DNA of 64,000 bases from Eledone cirrhosa (Eukaryota): contig OZ024743.1 in NCBI GenBank assembly GCA_964016885.1, positions 223,696,001-223,760,000 on the forward strand, read 5' to 3'. Shown here piece after piece: positions 41,301 through 57,823 of the stretch. The notes under the pieces were generated by a model, which was not told where the DNA came from, ran no database searches, and saw nothing but the letters and a program-made list of their open reading frames with translations. Within the stretch, counting starts at the first letter, position 1. Every line of letters begins with the position of its first letter. The translations under genes were made by a program, and so were the position numbers.

Positions 41301-44300
41301 AATATTTACACCACAACACATCTCCCAGTAATAATAGCTCTAGATAACATATACACCACAACACATCTCCCAGTAATCATAGCTCTAGATAATATATACA
41401 CCACAACACATCTCCCAGTAATAATAGCTCTAGATAATATATACACCACAACACATCTCCCAGTAATAATAGCTCTAGATAACATATACACCACAACACA
41501 TCTCCCAGTAATCATAGCTCTAGATAATATATACACCACAACACATCTCCCAGTAATCATAGCTCTAGATAACATATACACCACAACACATCTCCCAGTA
41601 ATAATAGCTCTAGATAACATATACACCACAACACATCTCACAGTAATCATAGCTCTAGATAATATATACACCACAACACATCTCCCAGTAATAATAGCTC
41701 TAGATAATATATACACCACAACACATCTCCCAGTAATCATAGCTCTAGATAATATATACACCACAACACATCTCCCAGTAATAATAGCTCTAGATAATAT
41801 ATACACCACAACACATCTCCCAGTAATCATATCTCTAGATAACATATACACCACAACACATCTCCCAGTAATAATAGCTCTAGATAACATATACACCACA
41901 ACACATCTCCCAGTAATCATAGCTCTAGATAATATATACACCACAACACATTTCCCAGTAATAATAGCTCTAGATAATATATACACCACAACACATCTCC
42001 CAGTAATCATAGCTCTAGATAATATATACACCACAACACATCTCCCAGTAATCATAGCTCTAGATAATATATACACCACAACACATCTCCCAGTAATCAT
42101 AGCTCTAGATAACATATACACCGCAACACATCTCCCAGTAATCATAGCTCTAGATAACATATACACCACAACACATCTCCCAGTAATAATAGCTCTAGAT
42201 AATATATACACCACAACACATCTCCCAGTAATAATAGCTCTAGATAACATATACACCACAACACATCTCCCAGTAATCATAGCTCTAGATAATATATACA
42301 ACACATCTCCCAGTAATCATAGCTCTAGATAATATATACCCCACAAGACATCTCCCAGTAATCATAGCTCTAGATAATATATACAACACATCTCCCAGTA
42401 ATAATAGCTCTAGATAACATATACACCACAACACATATCCCAGTAATAATAGCTCTAGATAACATATACACCACAAAACATCTCCCAGTAATCATAGCTC
42501 TAGATAATATATACACCACAACACATCTCCCAGTAATAATAGCTCTAGATAATATATACACTACAACACATCTCCCAGTAATCATAGATCTAGATAACAT
42601 ATACACCACAAAACATCTCCCAGTAATCATAGCTCTAGATAATTTATATACCACAACACATCTCCCAGTAATCATAGCTCTAGATAACATATACACCACA
42701 ACACATCTCCCAGTAATCATAGCTCTAGATAATATATACACCACAACACATCTCCCAGTAATCATAGCTCTAGATAACATATACACCGCAACACATCTCC
42801 CAGTAATCATAGCTCTAGATAACATATACACCACAACACATCTCCCAGTAATCATAGCTCTAGATAACATATACACCACAACACATCTCCCAGTAATTAT
42901 AGCTCTAGATAACATATACACCACAACACATCTCCCAGTAATCATAGCTCTAGATAATATATACACCACAACACATCTCCCAGTAATCATAGCTCTAGAT
43001 AACATATACAGCACAACACATCTCCCAGTAATCATAGCTCTAGATAATATATACACCACAACACATCTCCCAGTAATCATAGCTCTAGATAATATATACA
43101 CCACAACACATCTCCCAGTAATCATAGCTCTAGATAATATATACACCACAACACATCACCCAGTAATCATAGCTCTAGATAACATATACACCACAACACA
43201 TCTCCCAGTAATCATAGCTCTAGATAACATATACACCACAACACATCTCCCAGTAATCACAGCTCTAGATAACATATACACCACAACACATCTCCCAGTA
43301 ATCATAGCTCTAGATAATATATACACCACAACACATCTCCCAGTAATCATAGCTCTAGATAACATATACACCACAACACATCTCCCAGTAATCATAGCTC
43401 TAGATAATATATACAACACATCTCCCAGTAATAATAGCTCTAGATAACATATACACCACAACACATCTCTCAGTAATAATAGCTCTAGATAACATATACA
43501 CCACAACACATCTCCCAGTAATCATAGCTCAAGATAATATATACACCGCAACACATCTCCCAGTAATAATAGCTCTAGATAATATATACACCACAACACA
43601 TCTCCCAGTAATAATAGCTCTAGATAATATATACACCACAACACATCTCCCAGTAATCATAGCTCTAGATAACATATACACCACAACACATCTCCCAGTA
43701 ATCATAGCTCTAGATAACATATACACCACAACACATCTCCCAGTAATCATAGCTCTAGATAACATATACACCACAACACATCTCCCAGTAATCATAGCTC
43801 TAGATAATATATACACAACACATCTCCCAGTAATTATAGCTCTAGATAACATATACACCACAACACATCTCCCAGTAATCATAGCTCTAGATAACATATA
43901 CACCACAACACATCTCCCAGTAATCATAGCTCTAGATAATATATACACAACACATCTCCCAGTAATCATAGCTCTAGATAACATATACACCACAACACAT
44001 CTCTCAGTAATAATAGCTCTAGATAAGATATACACCACAACACATCTCCCAGTAATAATAGCTCTAGATAACATATACACCACAACACATCTCCCAGTAA
44101 TAATAGCTCTAGATAACATATACACCACAACACATCTCCCAGTAATAATAGCTCTAGATAATATATACACCACGAGATATTCCCAGTAATAATAGCTCTA
44201 GATAATATATACACAACACATCTCCCAGTAATCATAGCTCTAGATAATATATACACCACAACACATATCCCAGTAATAATAGCTCTAGATAACATATACA

Positions 44301-47300
44301 CCACAACACATCTCCCAGTAATCATAGCTCTAGATAATATATACACCACAACACATCTCCCAGTAATAATAGCTCTAGATAACATATACACCACAACACA
44401 TCTCCCAGTAATCATAGCTCTAGATAATATATACACCACAACACATCTCCCAGTAATAATAGCTCTAGATAACATATACACCACAACACATCTCCCAGTA
44501 ATCATAGCTCTAGATAATATATACACCACAACACATCTCCCAGTAATAATAGCTCTAGATAACATATACACCACAACACATCTCCCAGTAATCATAGCTC
44601 TAGATAATATATACACCACAACACATCTCCCAGTAATAATAGCTCTAGATAACATATACACCACAACACATCTCCCAGTAATCATAGCTCTCGATAATAT
44701 ATACACCACAACACATCTCCCAGAATTAATAGCTCTAGATAATATATACACCACAACACATCTCCCAGTAATCATAGCTCTAGATAATATATACACCACA
44801 ACACATCTCCCAGTAATCATAGCTCTAGATAATATATACACCACAACACATCTCCCAGTAATCATAGCTCTAGATAATATATACACCACAACACATCTCC
44901 CAGTAATCATAGCTCTAGATAATATATACACCACAACACATCTCCCAGTAATAATAGCTCTAGATAATATATACACCACAACACATCTCCCAGTAATCAT
45001 AGCTCTAGATAACATATACACCACAACACATCTCCCAGTAATAATAGCTCTAGATAACATATACACCACAACACATCTCCCAGTAATCATAGCTCTAGAT
45101 AATATATACACCACAACACATCTCCCAGTAATAATAGCTCTAGATAACATATACACCACAACACATCTCCCAGTAATCATAGCTCTAGATAATATATACA
45201 CCACAACACATCTCCCAGTAATCATAGCTCTAGATAATAATACACCACAACACATCTCCCAGTAATAATAGCTCTAGATAATATATACCCCACAACACAT
45301 CTCCCAGTAATCATAGCTCTAGATAATATATACACCGCAACACATCTCCCAGTAATAATAGCTCTAGATAATATATACACCGCAACACATCTCCCAGTAA
45401 TAATAGCTCTAGATAATATATACACCACAACACATCTCCCAGTAATCATAGCTCTAGATAACATATACACCACAACACATCTCCCAGTAATAATAGCTCT
45501 AGATAATATATACACCACAACACATCTCCCAGTAATCATAGCTCTAGATAATATATACACCACAACACATCTCCCAGTAATCATAGCTCTAGACAATATA
45601 TACACCACAACACATCTCCCAGTAATCATAGCTCTAGATAATATATACACCACAACACATCTCCCAGTAATCATAGCTCTAGATAACATATACACCACAA
45701 CACATCTTCCAGTAATCATAGCTCTAGATAATATATACCAACACATCTCCCAATAATCATAGCTCTAGATAACATATACACCACAACACATCTCCCAGTA
45801 ATCATAGCTCTAGATAACATATACACCACAACACATCTCCCAGTAATCATAGCTCTAGATAATATATACACCACAACACATCTCCCAGTAATAATAGCTC
45901 TAGATAATATATACACCACAACACATCTCCCAGTAATAATAGCTCTAGATAACATATACACCACAACACATCTCCCAGTAATAATAGCTCTAGATAACAT
46001 ATACACCACAACACATTTCCCAGTAATCATAGCTCTAGATAACATATACACCACAACACATCTCTCAGTAATAATAGCTCTAGATAACATATACACCACA
46101 ACACATCTCCCAGTAATAATAGCTCTAGATAACATATACACCACAACACATCTCCCAGTAATCATAGCTCTAGATAATATATACACCACAACACATCTCC
46201 CTGTAATAATAGCTCTAGATAACATATACACCACAACACATCTCCCAGTAATCATAGCTCTAGATAATATATACACCACAACACATCTCCCAGTATTAAT
46301 AGCTCTAGATAACATATACACCACAACACATCTCCCAGTAATCATAGCTCTAGATAATATTTACACCACAACACATCTCCCAGTAATAATAGCTCTAGAT
46401 AACATATACACCACAACACATCTCCCAGTAATCATAGCTCTAGATAATATATACACCACAACACATCTCCCAGTAATAATAGCTCTAGATAATATATACA
46501 CCACAACACATCTCCCAGTAATAATAGCTCTAGATAACATATACACCACAACACATCTCCCAGTAATCATAGCTCTAGATAATATATACACCACAACACA
46601 TCTCCCAGTAATCATAGCTCTAGATAACATATACACCACAACACATCTCCCAGTAATAATAGCTCTAGATAACATATACACCACAACACATCTCACAGTA
46701 ATCATAGCTCTAGATAATATATACACCACAACACATCTCCCAGTAATAATAGCTCTAGATAATATATACACCACAACACATCTCCCAGTATTCATAGCTC
46801 TAGATAATATATACACCACAACACATCTCCCAGTAATAATAGCTCTAGATAATATATACACCACAACACATCTCCCAGTAATCATATCTCTAGATAACAT
46901 ATACACCACAACACATCTCCCAGTAATAATAGCTCTAGATAACATATACACCACAACACATCTCCCAGTAATCATAGCTCTAGATAATATATACACCACA
47001 ACACATTTCCCAGTAATAATAGCTCTAGATAATATATACACCACAACACATCTCCCAGTAATCATAGCTCTAGATAATATATACACCACAACACATCTCC
47101 CAGTAATCATAGCTCTAGATAATATATACACCACAACACATCTCCCAGTAATCATAGCTCTAGATAACATATACACCGCAACACATCTCCCAGTAATCAT
47201 AGATCTAGATAACATATACACCACAACACATCTCCCAGTAATCATAGCTCTAGATAACATATACACCACAACACATCTCCCAGTAATCATAGCTCTAGAT

Positions 47301-50300
47301 AATATATACACCACAACACATCTCCCAGTAATAATAGCTCTAGATAATATATACACCACAACACATCTCCCAGTAATCATAGCTCTAGATAATATATACA
47401 CCACAACACATCTCCCAGTAATCATAGCTCTAGATAACATATACACCACAACACATCTCCCAGTAATCATAGCTCTAGATAACATATACACCACAACACA
47501 TCTCCCAGTAATAATAGCTCTAGATAATATATACACCACAACACATCTCCCAGTAATAATAGCTCTAGATAACATATACACCACAACACATCTCCCAGTA
47601 ATCATAGCTCTAGATAATATATACAACACATCTCCCAGTAATCATAGCTCTAGATAATATATACACCACAACACATCTCCCAGTAATCATAGCTCTAGAT
47701 AATATATACAACACATCTCCCAGTAATAATAGCTCTAGATAACATATACACCACAACACATCTCCCAGTAATAATATCTCTAGATAACATATACACCACA
47801 ACACATCTCCCAGTAATCATAGATCTACATAATATATACACCACAACACATCTCCCAGTAATAATAGCTCTAGATAATATATACACTACAACACATCTCC
47901 TAGTAATCATAGCTCTAGATAACATATACACCACAACACATCTCCCAGTAATCATAGCTCTAGATAATATATATACCACAACACATCTCACAGTAATCAT
48001 AGCTCTAGATAACATATACACCACAACACATCTCCCAGTAATCATAGCTCTAGATAATATATACAACACATCTCCCAGTAATCATAGCTCTAGATAATAT
48101 ATACACCACAACACATCTCCCAGTAATCATAGCTCTAGATAATATATACACTGCAACACATCTCCCAGTAATAATAGCTCTAGATAATATATACACCGCA
48201 ACACATCTCCCAGTAATAATAGCTCTAGATAATATATACACCACAACACATCTCCCAGTAATAATAGCTCTAAATAATATATACACCACAACACATCTCC
48301 CAGTGATAATATCTCTAGATAACATATACACCACAACACATCTCCCAGTAATCATAGCTCTAGATAACATATACACCACAACACATCTCCCAGTAATCAT
48401 AGCTCTAGATAACATATACACCACAACACATCTCCCAGTAATAATAGCTCTAGATAACATATACACCACAACACATCTCCCAGTAATCATAGCTCTAGAT
48501 AATATATACAACACATCTCCCAGTAATCATAGCTCTAGATAATATATACCCCACAACACATCTCCCAGTAATCATAGCTCTAGATAATATATACAACACA
48601 TCTCCCAGTAATCATAGATGTAGATAACATATACACCACAACACATCTCCCAGTAATAATAGCTCTAGATAATATATACACCACAACACATCTCCCAGTA
48701 ATCATAGCTCTAGATAACATATACACCACAACACATCTCCCAGTAATCATAGCTCTAGATAACATATACACCACAACACATCTCCCAGTAATTATAGCTC
48801 TAGATAATATATACACCACAACACATCTCCCAGTAATCATAGCTCTAGATAATATATACACCACAACACATCTCCCAGTAATCATAGCTCTAGATAATAT
48901 ATACACCACAACACATCTCCCAGTAATCATAGCTCTAGATAACATATACACCACAGCACATCTCCCAGTAATCATAACTCTAGATAACATATACACCACA
49001 ACACATCTCCCAGTAATCATAGCTCTAGATAATATATACACCACAACACATCTCCCAGTAATCATAGCTCTAGATAACATATACACCGCAACACATCTCC
49101 CAGTAATCATAGATCTAGATAACATATACACCACAACACATCTCCCAGTAATCATAGCTCTAGATAACATATACACCACAACACATCTCCCAGTAATCAT
49201 AGCTCTAGATAATATATACACCACAACACATCTCCCAGTAATAATAGCTCTAGATAATATATACACCACAACACATCTCCCAGTAATCATAGCTCTAGAT
49301 AATATATACACCACAACACATCTCCCAGTAATCATAGCTCTAGATAACATATACACCACAACACATCTCCCAGTAATCATAGCTCTAGATAACATATACA
49401 CCACAACACATCTCCCAGTAATAATAGCTCTAGATAATATATACACCACAACACATCTCCCAGTAATAATAGCTCTAGATAACATATACACCACAACACA
49501 TCTCCCAGTAATCATAGCTCTAGATAATATATACAACACATCTCCCAGTAATCATAGCTCTAGATAATATATACACCACAACACATCTCCCAGTAATCAT
49601 AGCTCTAGATAATATATACAACACATCTCCCAGTAATAATAGCTCTAGATAACATATACACCACAACACATCTCCCAGTAATAATATCTCTAGATAACAT
49701 ATACACCACAACACATCTCCCAGTAATCATAGATCTAGATAATATATACACCACAACACATCTCCCAGTAATAATAGCTCTAGATAATATATACACTACA
49801 ACACATCTCCTAGTAATCATAGCTCTAGATAACATATACACCACAACACATCTCCCAGTAATCATAGCTCTAGATAATATATATACCACAACACATCTCA
49901 CAGTAATCATAGCTCTAGATAACATATACACCACAACACATCTCCCAGTAATCATAGCTCTAGATAATATATACAACACATCTCCCAGTAATCATAGCTC
50001 TAGATAATATATACACCACAACACATCTCCCAGTAATCATAGCTCTAGATAATATATACACCGCAACATATCTCCCAGTAATAATAGCTCTAGATAATAT
50101 ATACACCGCAACACATCTCCCAGTAATAATAGCTCTAGATAATATATACACCACAACACATCTCCCAGTAATAATAGCTCTAAATAATATATACACCACA
50201 ACACATCTCCCAGTGATAATATCTCTAGATAACATATACACCACAACACATCTCCCAGTAATCATAGCTCTAGATAACATATACACCACAACACATCTCC

Positions 50301-53300
50301 CAGTAATCATAGCTCTAGATAACATATACACCACAACACATCTCCCAGTAATAATAGCTCTAGATAATATATACACCACAACACATCTCCCAGTAATAAT
50401 AGCTCTAGATAACATATACACCACAACACATCTCCCAGTAATCATAGCTCTAGATAATATATACAACACATCTCCCAGTAATCATAGCTCTAGATAATAT
50501 ATACCCCACAACACATCTCCCAGTAATCATAGCTCTAGATAATATATACAACACATCTCCCAGTAATAATAGCTCTAGATAACATATACACCACAACACA
50601 TATCCCAGTAATAATAGCTCTAGATAACATATACACCACAAAACATCTCCCAGTAATCATAGCTCTAGATAATATATACACCACAACACATCTCCCAGTA
50701 ATAATAGCTCTAGATAATATATACACTACAACACATCTCCCAGTAATCATAGCTCTAGATAACATATACACCACAAAACATCTCCCAGTAATCATAGCTC
50801 TAGATAATTTATATACCACAACACATCTCCCAGTAATCATAGCTCTAGATAACATATACACCACAACACATCTCCCAGTAATCATAGCTCTAGATAATAT
50901 ATACACCACAACACATCTCCCAGTAATCATAGCTCTAGATAACATATACACCGCAACACATCTCCCAGTAATCATAGCTCTAGATAACATATACACCACA
51001 ACACATCTCCCAGTAATCATAGCTCTAGATAACATATACACCACAACACATCTCCCAGTAATTATAGCTCTAGATAACATATACACCACAACACATCTCC
51101 CAGTAATCATAGCTCTAGATAATATATACACCACAACACATCTCCCAGTAATCATAGCTCTAGATAACATATACAGCACAACACATCTCCCAGTAATCAT
51201 AGCTCTAGATAATATATACACCACAACACATCTCCCAGTAATCATAGCTCTAGATAATATATACACCACAACACATCTCCCAGTAATCATAGCTCTAGAT
51301 AATATATATACACCACAACACATCACCCAGTAATCATAGCTCTAGATAACATATACACCACAACACATCTCCCAGTAATCATAGCTCTAGATAACATATA
51401 CACCACAACACATCTCCCAGTAATCACAGCTCTAGATAACATATACACCACAACACATCTCCCAGTAATCATAGCTCTAGATAATATATACACCACAACA
51501 CATCTCCCAGTAATCATAGCTCTAGATAACATATACACCACAACACATCTCCCAGTAATCATAGCTCTAGATAATATATACAACACATCTCCCAGTAATA
51601 ATAGCTCTAGATAACATATACACCACAACACATCTCTCAGTAATAATAGCTCTAGATAACATATACACCACAACACATCTCCCAGTAATCATAGCTCAAG
51701 ATAATATATACACCGCAACACATCTCCCAGTAATAATAGCTCTAGATAATATATACACCACAACACATCTCCCAGTAATAATAGCTCTAGATAATATATA
51801 CACCACAACACATCTCCCAGTAATCATAGCTCTAGATAACATATACACCACAACACATCTCCCAGTAATCATAGCTCTAGATAACATATACACCACAACA
51901 CATCTCCCAGTAATCATAGCTCTAGATAATATATACACAACACATCTCCCAGTAATTATAGCTCTAGATAACATATACACCACAACACATCTCCCAGTAA
52001 TCATAGCTCTAGATAACATATACACCACAACACATCTCCCAGTAATCATAGCTCTAGATAATATATACACAACACATCTCCCAGTAATCATAGCTCTAGA
52101 TAACATATACACCACAACACATCTCTCAGTAATAATAGCTCTAGATAAGATATACACCACAACACATCTCCCAGTAATAATAGCTCTAGATAACATATAC
52201 ACCACAACACATCTCCCAGTAATAATAGCTCTAGATAACATATACACCACAACACATCTCCCAGTAATAATAGCTCTAGATAATATATACACCACGAGAT
52301 ATTCCCAGTAATAATAGCTCTATATAATATATACACAACACATCTCCCCGTAATCATAGCTCTAGATAATATATACACCACAACACATATCCCAGTAATA
52401 ATAGCTCTAGATAACATATACACCACAACACATCTCCCAGTAATCATAGCTCTAGATAATATATACACCACAACACATCTCCCAGTAATAATAGCTCTAG
52501 ATAACATATACACCACAACACATCTCCCAGTAATCATAGCTCTAGATAATATATACACCACAACACATCTCCCAGTAATAATAGCTCTAGATAACATATA
52601 CACCACAACACATCTCCCAGTAATCATAGCTCTAGATAATATATACACCACAACACATCTCCCAGTAATAATAGCTCTAGATAACATATACACCACAACA
52701 CATCTCCCAGTAATCATAGCTCTAGATAATATATACACCACAACACATCTCCCAGTAATAATAGCTCTAGATAACATATACACCACAACACATCTCCCAG
52801 TAATCATAGCTCTCGATAATATATACACCACAACACATCTCCCAGAATTAATAGCTCTAGATAATATATACACCACAACACATCTCCCAGTAATCATAGC
52901 TCTAGATAATATATACACCACAACACATCTCCCAGTAATCATAGCTCTAGATAATATATACACCACAACACATCTCCCAGTAATCATAGCTCTAGATAAT
53001 ATATACACCACAACACATCTCCCAGTAATCATAGCTCTAGATAATATATACACCACAACACATCTCCCAGTAATAATAGCTCTAGATAATATATACACCA
53101 CAACACATCTCCCAGTAATCATAGCTCTAGATAACATATACACCACAACACATCTCCCAGTAATAATAGCTCTAGATAACATATACACCACAACACATCT
53201 CCCAGTAATCATAGCTCTAGATAATATATACACCACAACACATCTCCCAGTAATAATAGCTCTAGATAACATATACACCACAACACATCTCCCAGTAATC

Positions 53301-55091
53301 ATAGCTCTAGATAATATATACACCACAACACATCTCCCAGTAATCATAGCTCTAGATAATAATACACCACAACACATCTCCCAGTAATAATAGCTCTAGA
53401 TAATATATACCCCACAACACATCTCCCAGTAATCATAGCTCTAGATAATATATACACCGCAACACATCTCCCAGTAATAATAGCTCTAGATAATATATAC
53501 ACCGCAACACATCTCCCAGTAATAATAGCTCTAGATAATATATACACCACAACACATCTCCCAGTAATCATAGCTCTAGATAACATATACACCACAACAC
53601 ATCTCCCAGTAATAATAGCTCTAGATAATATATACACCACAACACATCTCCCAGTAATCATAGCTCTAGATAATATATACACCACAACACATCTCCCAGT
53701 AATCATAGCTCTAGACAATATATACACCACAACACATCTCCCAGTAATCATAGCTCTAGATAATATATACACCACAACACATCTCCCAGTAATCATAGCT
53801 CTAGATAACATATACACCACAACACATCTTCCAGTAATCATAGCTCTAGATAATATATACCAACACATCTCCCAATAATCATAGCTCTAGATAACATATA
53901 CACCACAACACATCTCCCAGTAATCATAGCTCTAGATAACATATACACCACAACACATCTCCCAGTAATCATAGCTCTAGATAATATATACACCACAACA
54001 CATCTCCCAGTAATAATAGCTCTAGATAATATATACACCACAACACATCTCCCAGTAATAATAGCTCTAGATAACATATACACCACAACACATCTCCCAG
54101 TAATAATAGCTCTAGATAACATATACACCACAACACATATCCCAGTAATCATAGCTCTAGATAACATATACACCACAACACATCTCCCAGTAATAATAGC
54201 TCTAGATAACATATACACCACAACACATCTCCCAGTAATAATAGCTCTAGATAATATATACACCACAAGATATTCCCAGTAATAATAGCTCTAGATAATA
54301 TATACACAACACATCTCCCAGCAATAATAGCTCTAGATAATATATACACCACAACACATCTCCCAGTAATCATAGCTCTAGATAATATATACACCACAAC
54401 ACATCTCCCAGTAATCATAGCTCTAGATAACATATACACCACAACACATCTCCCAGTAATAATAGCTCTAGATAATATATACACCACAACACATCTCCCA
54501 GTAATCATAGCTCTAGATAATATATACACCACAACACATCTCCCAGTAATCATAGCTCTAGACAATATATACACCACAACACATCTCCCAGTAATAATAG
54601 CTCTAGATAATATATACACCACAACACATCTCCCAGTAATAATAGCTCTAGATAACATATACACCACAACACATCTCCCAGTAATCATAGCTCTAGATAA
54701 TATATACACCACAACACATCTCCCTGTAATAATAGCTCTAGATAACATATACACCACAACACATCTCCCAGTAATCATAGCTCTAGATAATATATACACC
54801 ACAACACATCTCCCAGTATTAATAGCTCTAGATAACATATACACCACAACACATCTCCCAGTAATAATTAGCTCTAGATAATATTTACACCACAACACAT
54901 CTCCCAGTAATAATAGCTCTAGATAACATATACACCACAACACATCTCCCAGTAATCATAGCTCTAGATAATATATACACCACAACACATCTCCCAGTAA
55001 TAATAGCTCTAGATAATATATACATCACAACACATCTCCCAGTAATAATAGTTCTAGATAATATATACACAACACATCTTACAGTAATAAT

Positions 55092-55271
55092 TGTTTCTAC
55101 CTTTTGGCACAAGGCCAGCAAATACCCAGTGTATTACTGGTACTTTATTTTATCGACCCCGTAAGGATGAAAGGCAAAGTTAACCTCGGCGGGATTTGAA
55201 CTCAGAATGGCAAGGGCCGTAACTCTATGCTTCAAAGTATAGCATCCGACCCTCTACCGATACTGCCAATC
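55092..55271 (-). mobile_element. SINE family A inside the satellite (copy 1 of 3), TSD ACAGTAATAAT
   Basis: Family A sequence flanked by ACAGTAATAAT at 55081-55091 and 55272-55282. Confidence 0.9.
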
Positions 55272-56047
55272 ACAGTAATAATAGCTCTAGATAACATATA
55301 CACCACAACACATCTCCCAGCAATCATAGCTCTAGATAATATATACACCGCAAGATATTCCCAGTAACAATAGCTCTAGATAATATATACACCACAACAT
55401 AACCGCAGTAATAATGGCTCTAGATAATATATACACCACAGCATATTTCCTAGTAATCATAACTCTAGATAATAAATACACCACAACATATCCCCAGTAA
55501 TAATAGCTCTAGATAATATATATATATACAACACACCATATCAACCACCAATCATAGCCCTAGATAATATGTCCACCACAACACATCTCCCAGTAATCAT
55601 AGCTCTAGATAATATGTCCACCACAATACATCTCCCAATAATCATAGCTCTAGATAATTTATACACCACAACACATCTTCCAGTAATAATAGCTCTAGAT
55701 AACATATACACCACAACACATCTCCCAGTAATCATAGCTCTAGATAATATATACACCACAACACATTTCCCAGTAATAATAGCTCTAGATAATATATACA
55801 CCACAACACATCTCCCAGTAATCATAGCTCTAGATAATATATACACCACAACACATCTCCCAGTAATAATAGCTCTAGATAATATATACACCACAACACA
55901 TCTCCCAGTAATAATAGCTCTAGATAATATATACACCACAACACATCTCCCAGTAATAATAGCTCTAGATAATATATACACCACAACACATCTCCCAGTA
56001 ATAACAGCTCTAGATAATATATACACAACACATCTTACAGTAATAAT

Positions 56048-56227
56048 TGTTTCTACTTTTTGGCACAAGGCCAGCAAATACCCAGTGTATTACTGGTACT
56101 TTATTTTATCGACCCCGTAAGGATGAAAGGCAAAGTTAACCTCGGCGGGATTTGAACTCAGAATGGCAAGGGCCGTAACTCTATGCTTCAAAGTATAGCA
56201 TCCGACCCTCTACCGATACTGCCAATC
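56048..56227 (-). mobile_element. SINE family A inside the satellite (copy 2 of 3)
   Basis: Same SINE and flanks, offset by +956. Confidence 0.9.
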
Positions 56228-57003
56228 ACAGTAATAATAGCTCTAGATAACATATACACCACAACACATCTCCCAGTAATCATAGCTCTAGATAATATAT
56301 ACACCGCAAGATATTCCCAGTAACAATAGCTCTAGATAATATATACACCACAACATAACCGCAGTAATAATGGCTCTAGATAATATATACACCACAGCAT
56401 ATTTCCTAGTAATCATAACTCTAGATAATAAATACACCACAACATATCCCCAGTAATAATAGCTCTAGATAATATATATATATACAACACACCATATCAA
56501 CCACCAATCATAGCCCTAGATAATATGTCCACCACAACACATCTCCCAGTAATCATAGCTCTAGATAATATGTCCACCACAATACATCTCCCAATAATCA
56601 TAGCTCTAGATAATTTATACACCACAACACATCTTCCAGTAATAATAGCTCTAGATAACATATACACCACAACACATCTCCCAGTAATCATAGCTCTAGA
56701 TAATATATACACCACAACACATTTCCCAGTAATAATAGCTCTAGATAATATATACACCACAACACATCTCCCAGTAATCATAGCTCTAGATAATATATAC
56801 ACCACAACACATCTCCCAGTAATAATAGCTCTAGATAATATATACACCACAACACATCTCCCAGTAATAATAGCTCTAGATAATATATACACCACAACAC
56901 ATCTCCCAGTAATAATAGCTCTAGATAATATATACACCACAACACATCTCCCAGTAATAATAGCTCTAGATAATATATACACAACACATCTTACAGTAAT
57001 AAT

Positions 57004-57183
57004 TGTTTCTACTTTTTGGCACAAGGCCAGCAAATACCCAGTGTATTACTGGTACTTTATTTTATCGACTCCGTAAGGATGAAAGGCAAAGTTAACCTCG
57101 GCGGGATTCGAACTCAGAATGGCAAGGGCCGTAACTCTATGCTTCAAAGTATAGCATCCGACCCTCTACCGATACTGCCAATC
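57004..57183 (-). mobile_element. SINE family A inside the satellite (copy 3 of 3)
   Basis: Same SINE and flanks, offset by a further +956. Confidence 0.9.
57056..57061 (-). promoter_or_regulatory. Candidate polyadenylation signal AATAAA (SINE-derived) for the channel gene
   Basis: First minus-strand AATAAA found by eye downstream of the stop at 57824. It is repeated at 56100-56105 and 55144-55149. Its use is unproven. Confidence 0.35.
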
Positions 57184-57823
57184 ACAGTAATAATAGCTCT
57201 AGATAACATATACACCACAACACATCTCCCAGTAATCATAGCTCTAGATAATATATACACCGCAAGATATTCCCAGTAACAATAGCTCTAGATAATATAT
57301 ACACCACAACATAACCGCAGTAATAATGGCTCTAGATAATATATTCACCACAGCATATTTCCTAGTAATCATAACTCTAGATAATAAATACACCACAACA
57401 TATCCCCAGTAATAATAGCTCTAGATAATATATATATATACAACACACCATATCAACCACCAATCATAGCCCTAGATAATATGTCCACCACAACACATCT
57501 CCCAGTAATCATAGCTCTAGATAATATGTCCAGCTCAATACATCTCCCAATAATCATAGCTCTAGATAATTTATACACCACAACACATCTTCCAGTAATA
57601 AAAGCTCTAGATAATATATACACCACAACACTTCTCCCAGTAATCATAGCTCTAGATAATATATACACCACAACACATCTTCCAGTAATAAAAGCTCAAG
57701 ATAATATATACAATACAACACATCTTCCAGTAATAAAAGCTCTAGATAATATATACACCACAACACATCTTCCAGTAATAAAAGCTCAAGATAATATATA
57801 CAATACAACATATCCCCCAGTAA

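Noticed and set aside
21071-55000. CRISPR-like array
   Set aside because: Head-to-tail monomers with no unique spacers, no cas genes, and a eukaryotic context.
21070-57671. Dozens of long ORFs (up to 484 aa) with repeats VYILSRAMITGRCVV or IIALDNIYTTTHLPV
   Set aside because: A 45-bp monomer is a multiple of 3 and lacks stops in one frame per strand. The 40- and 44-bp variants break frames freely, so there is no sign of coding constraint.
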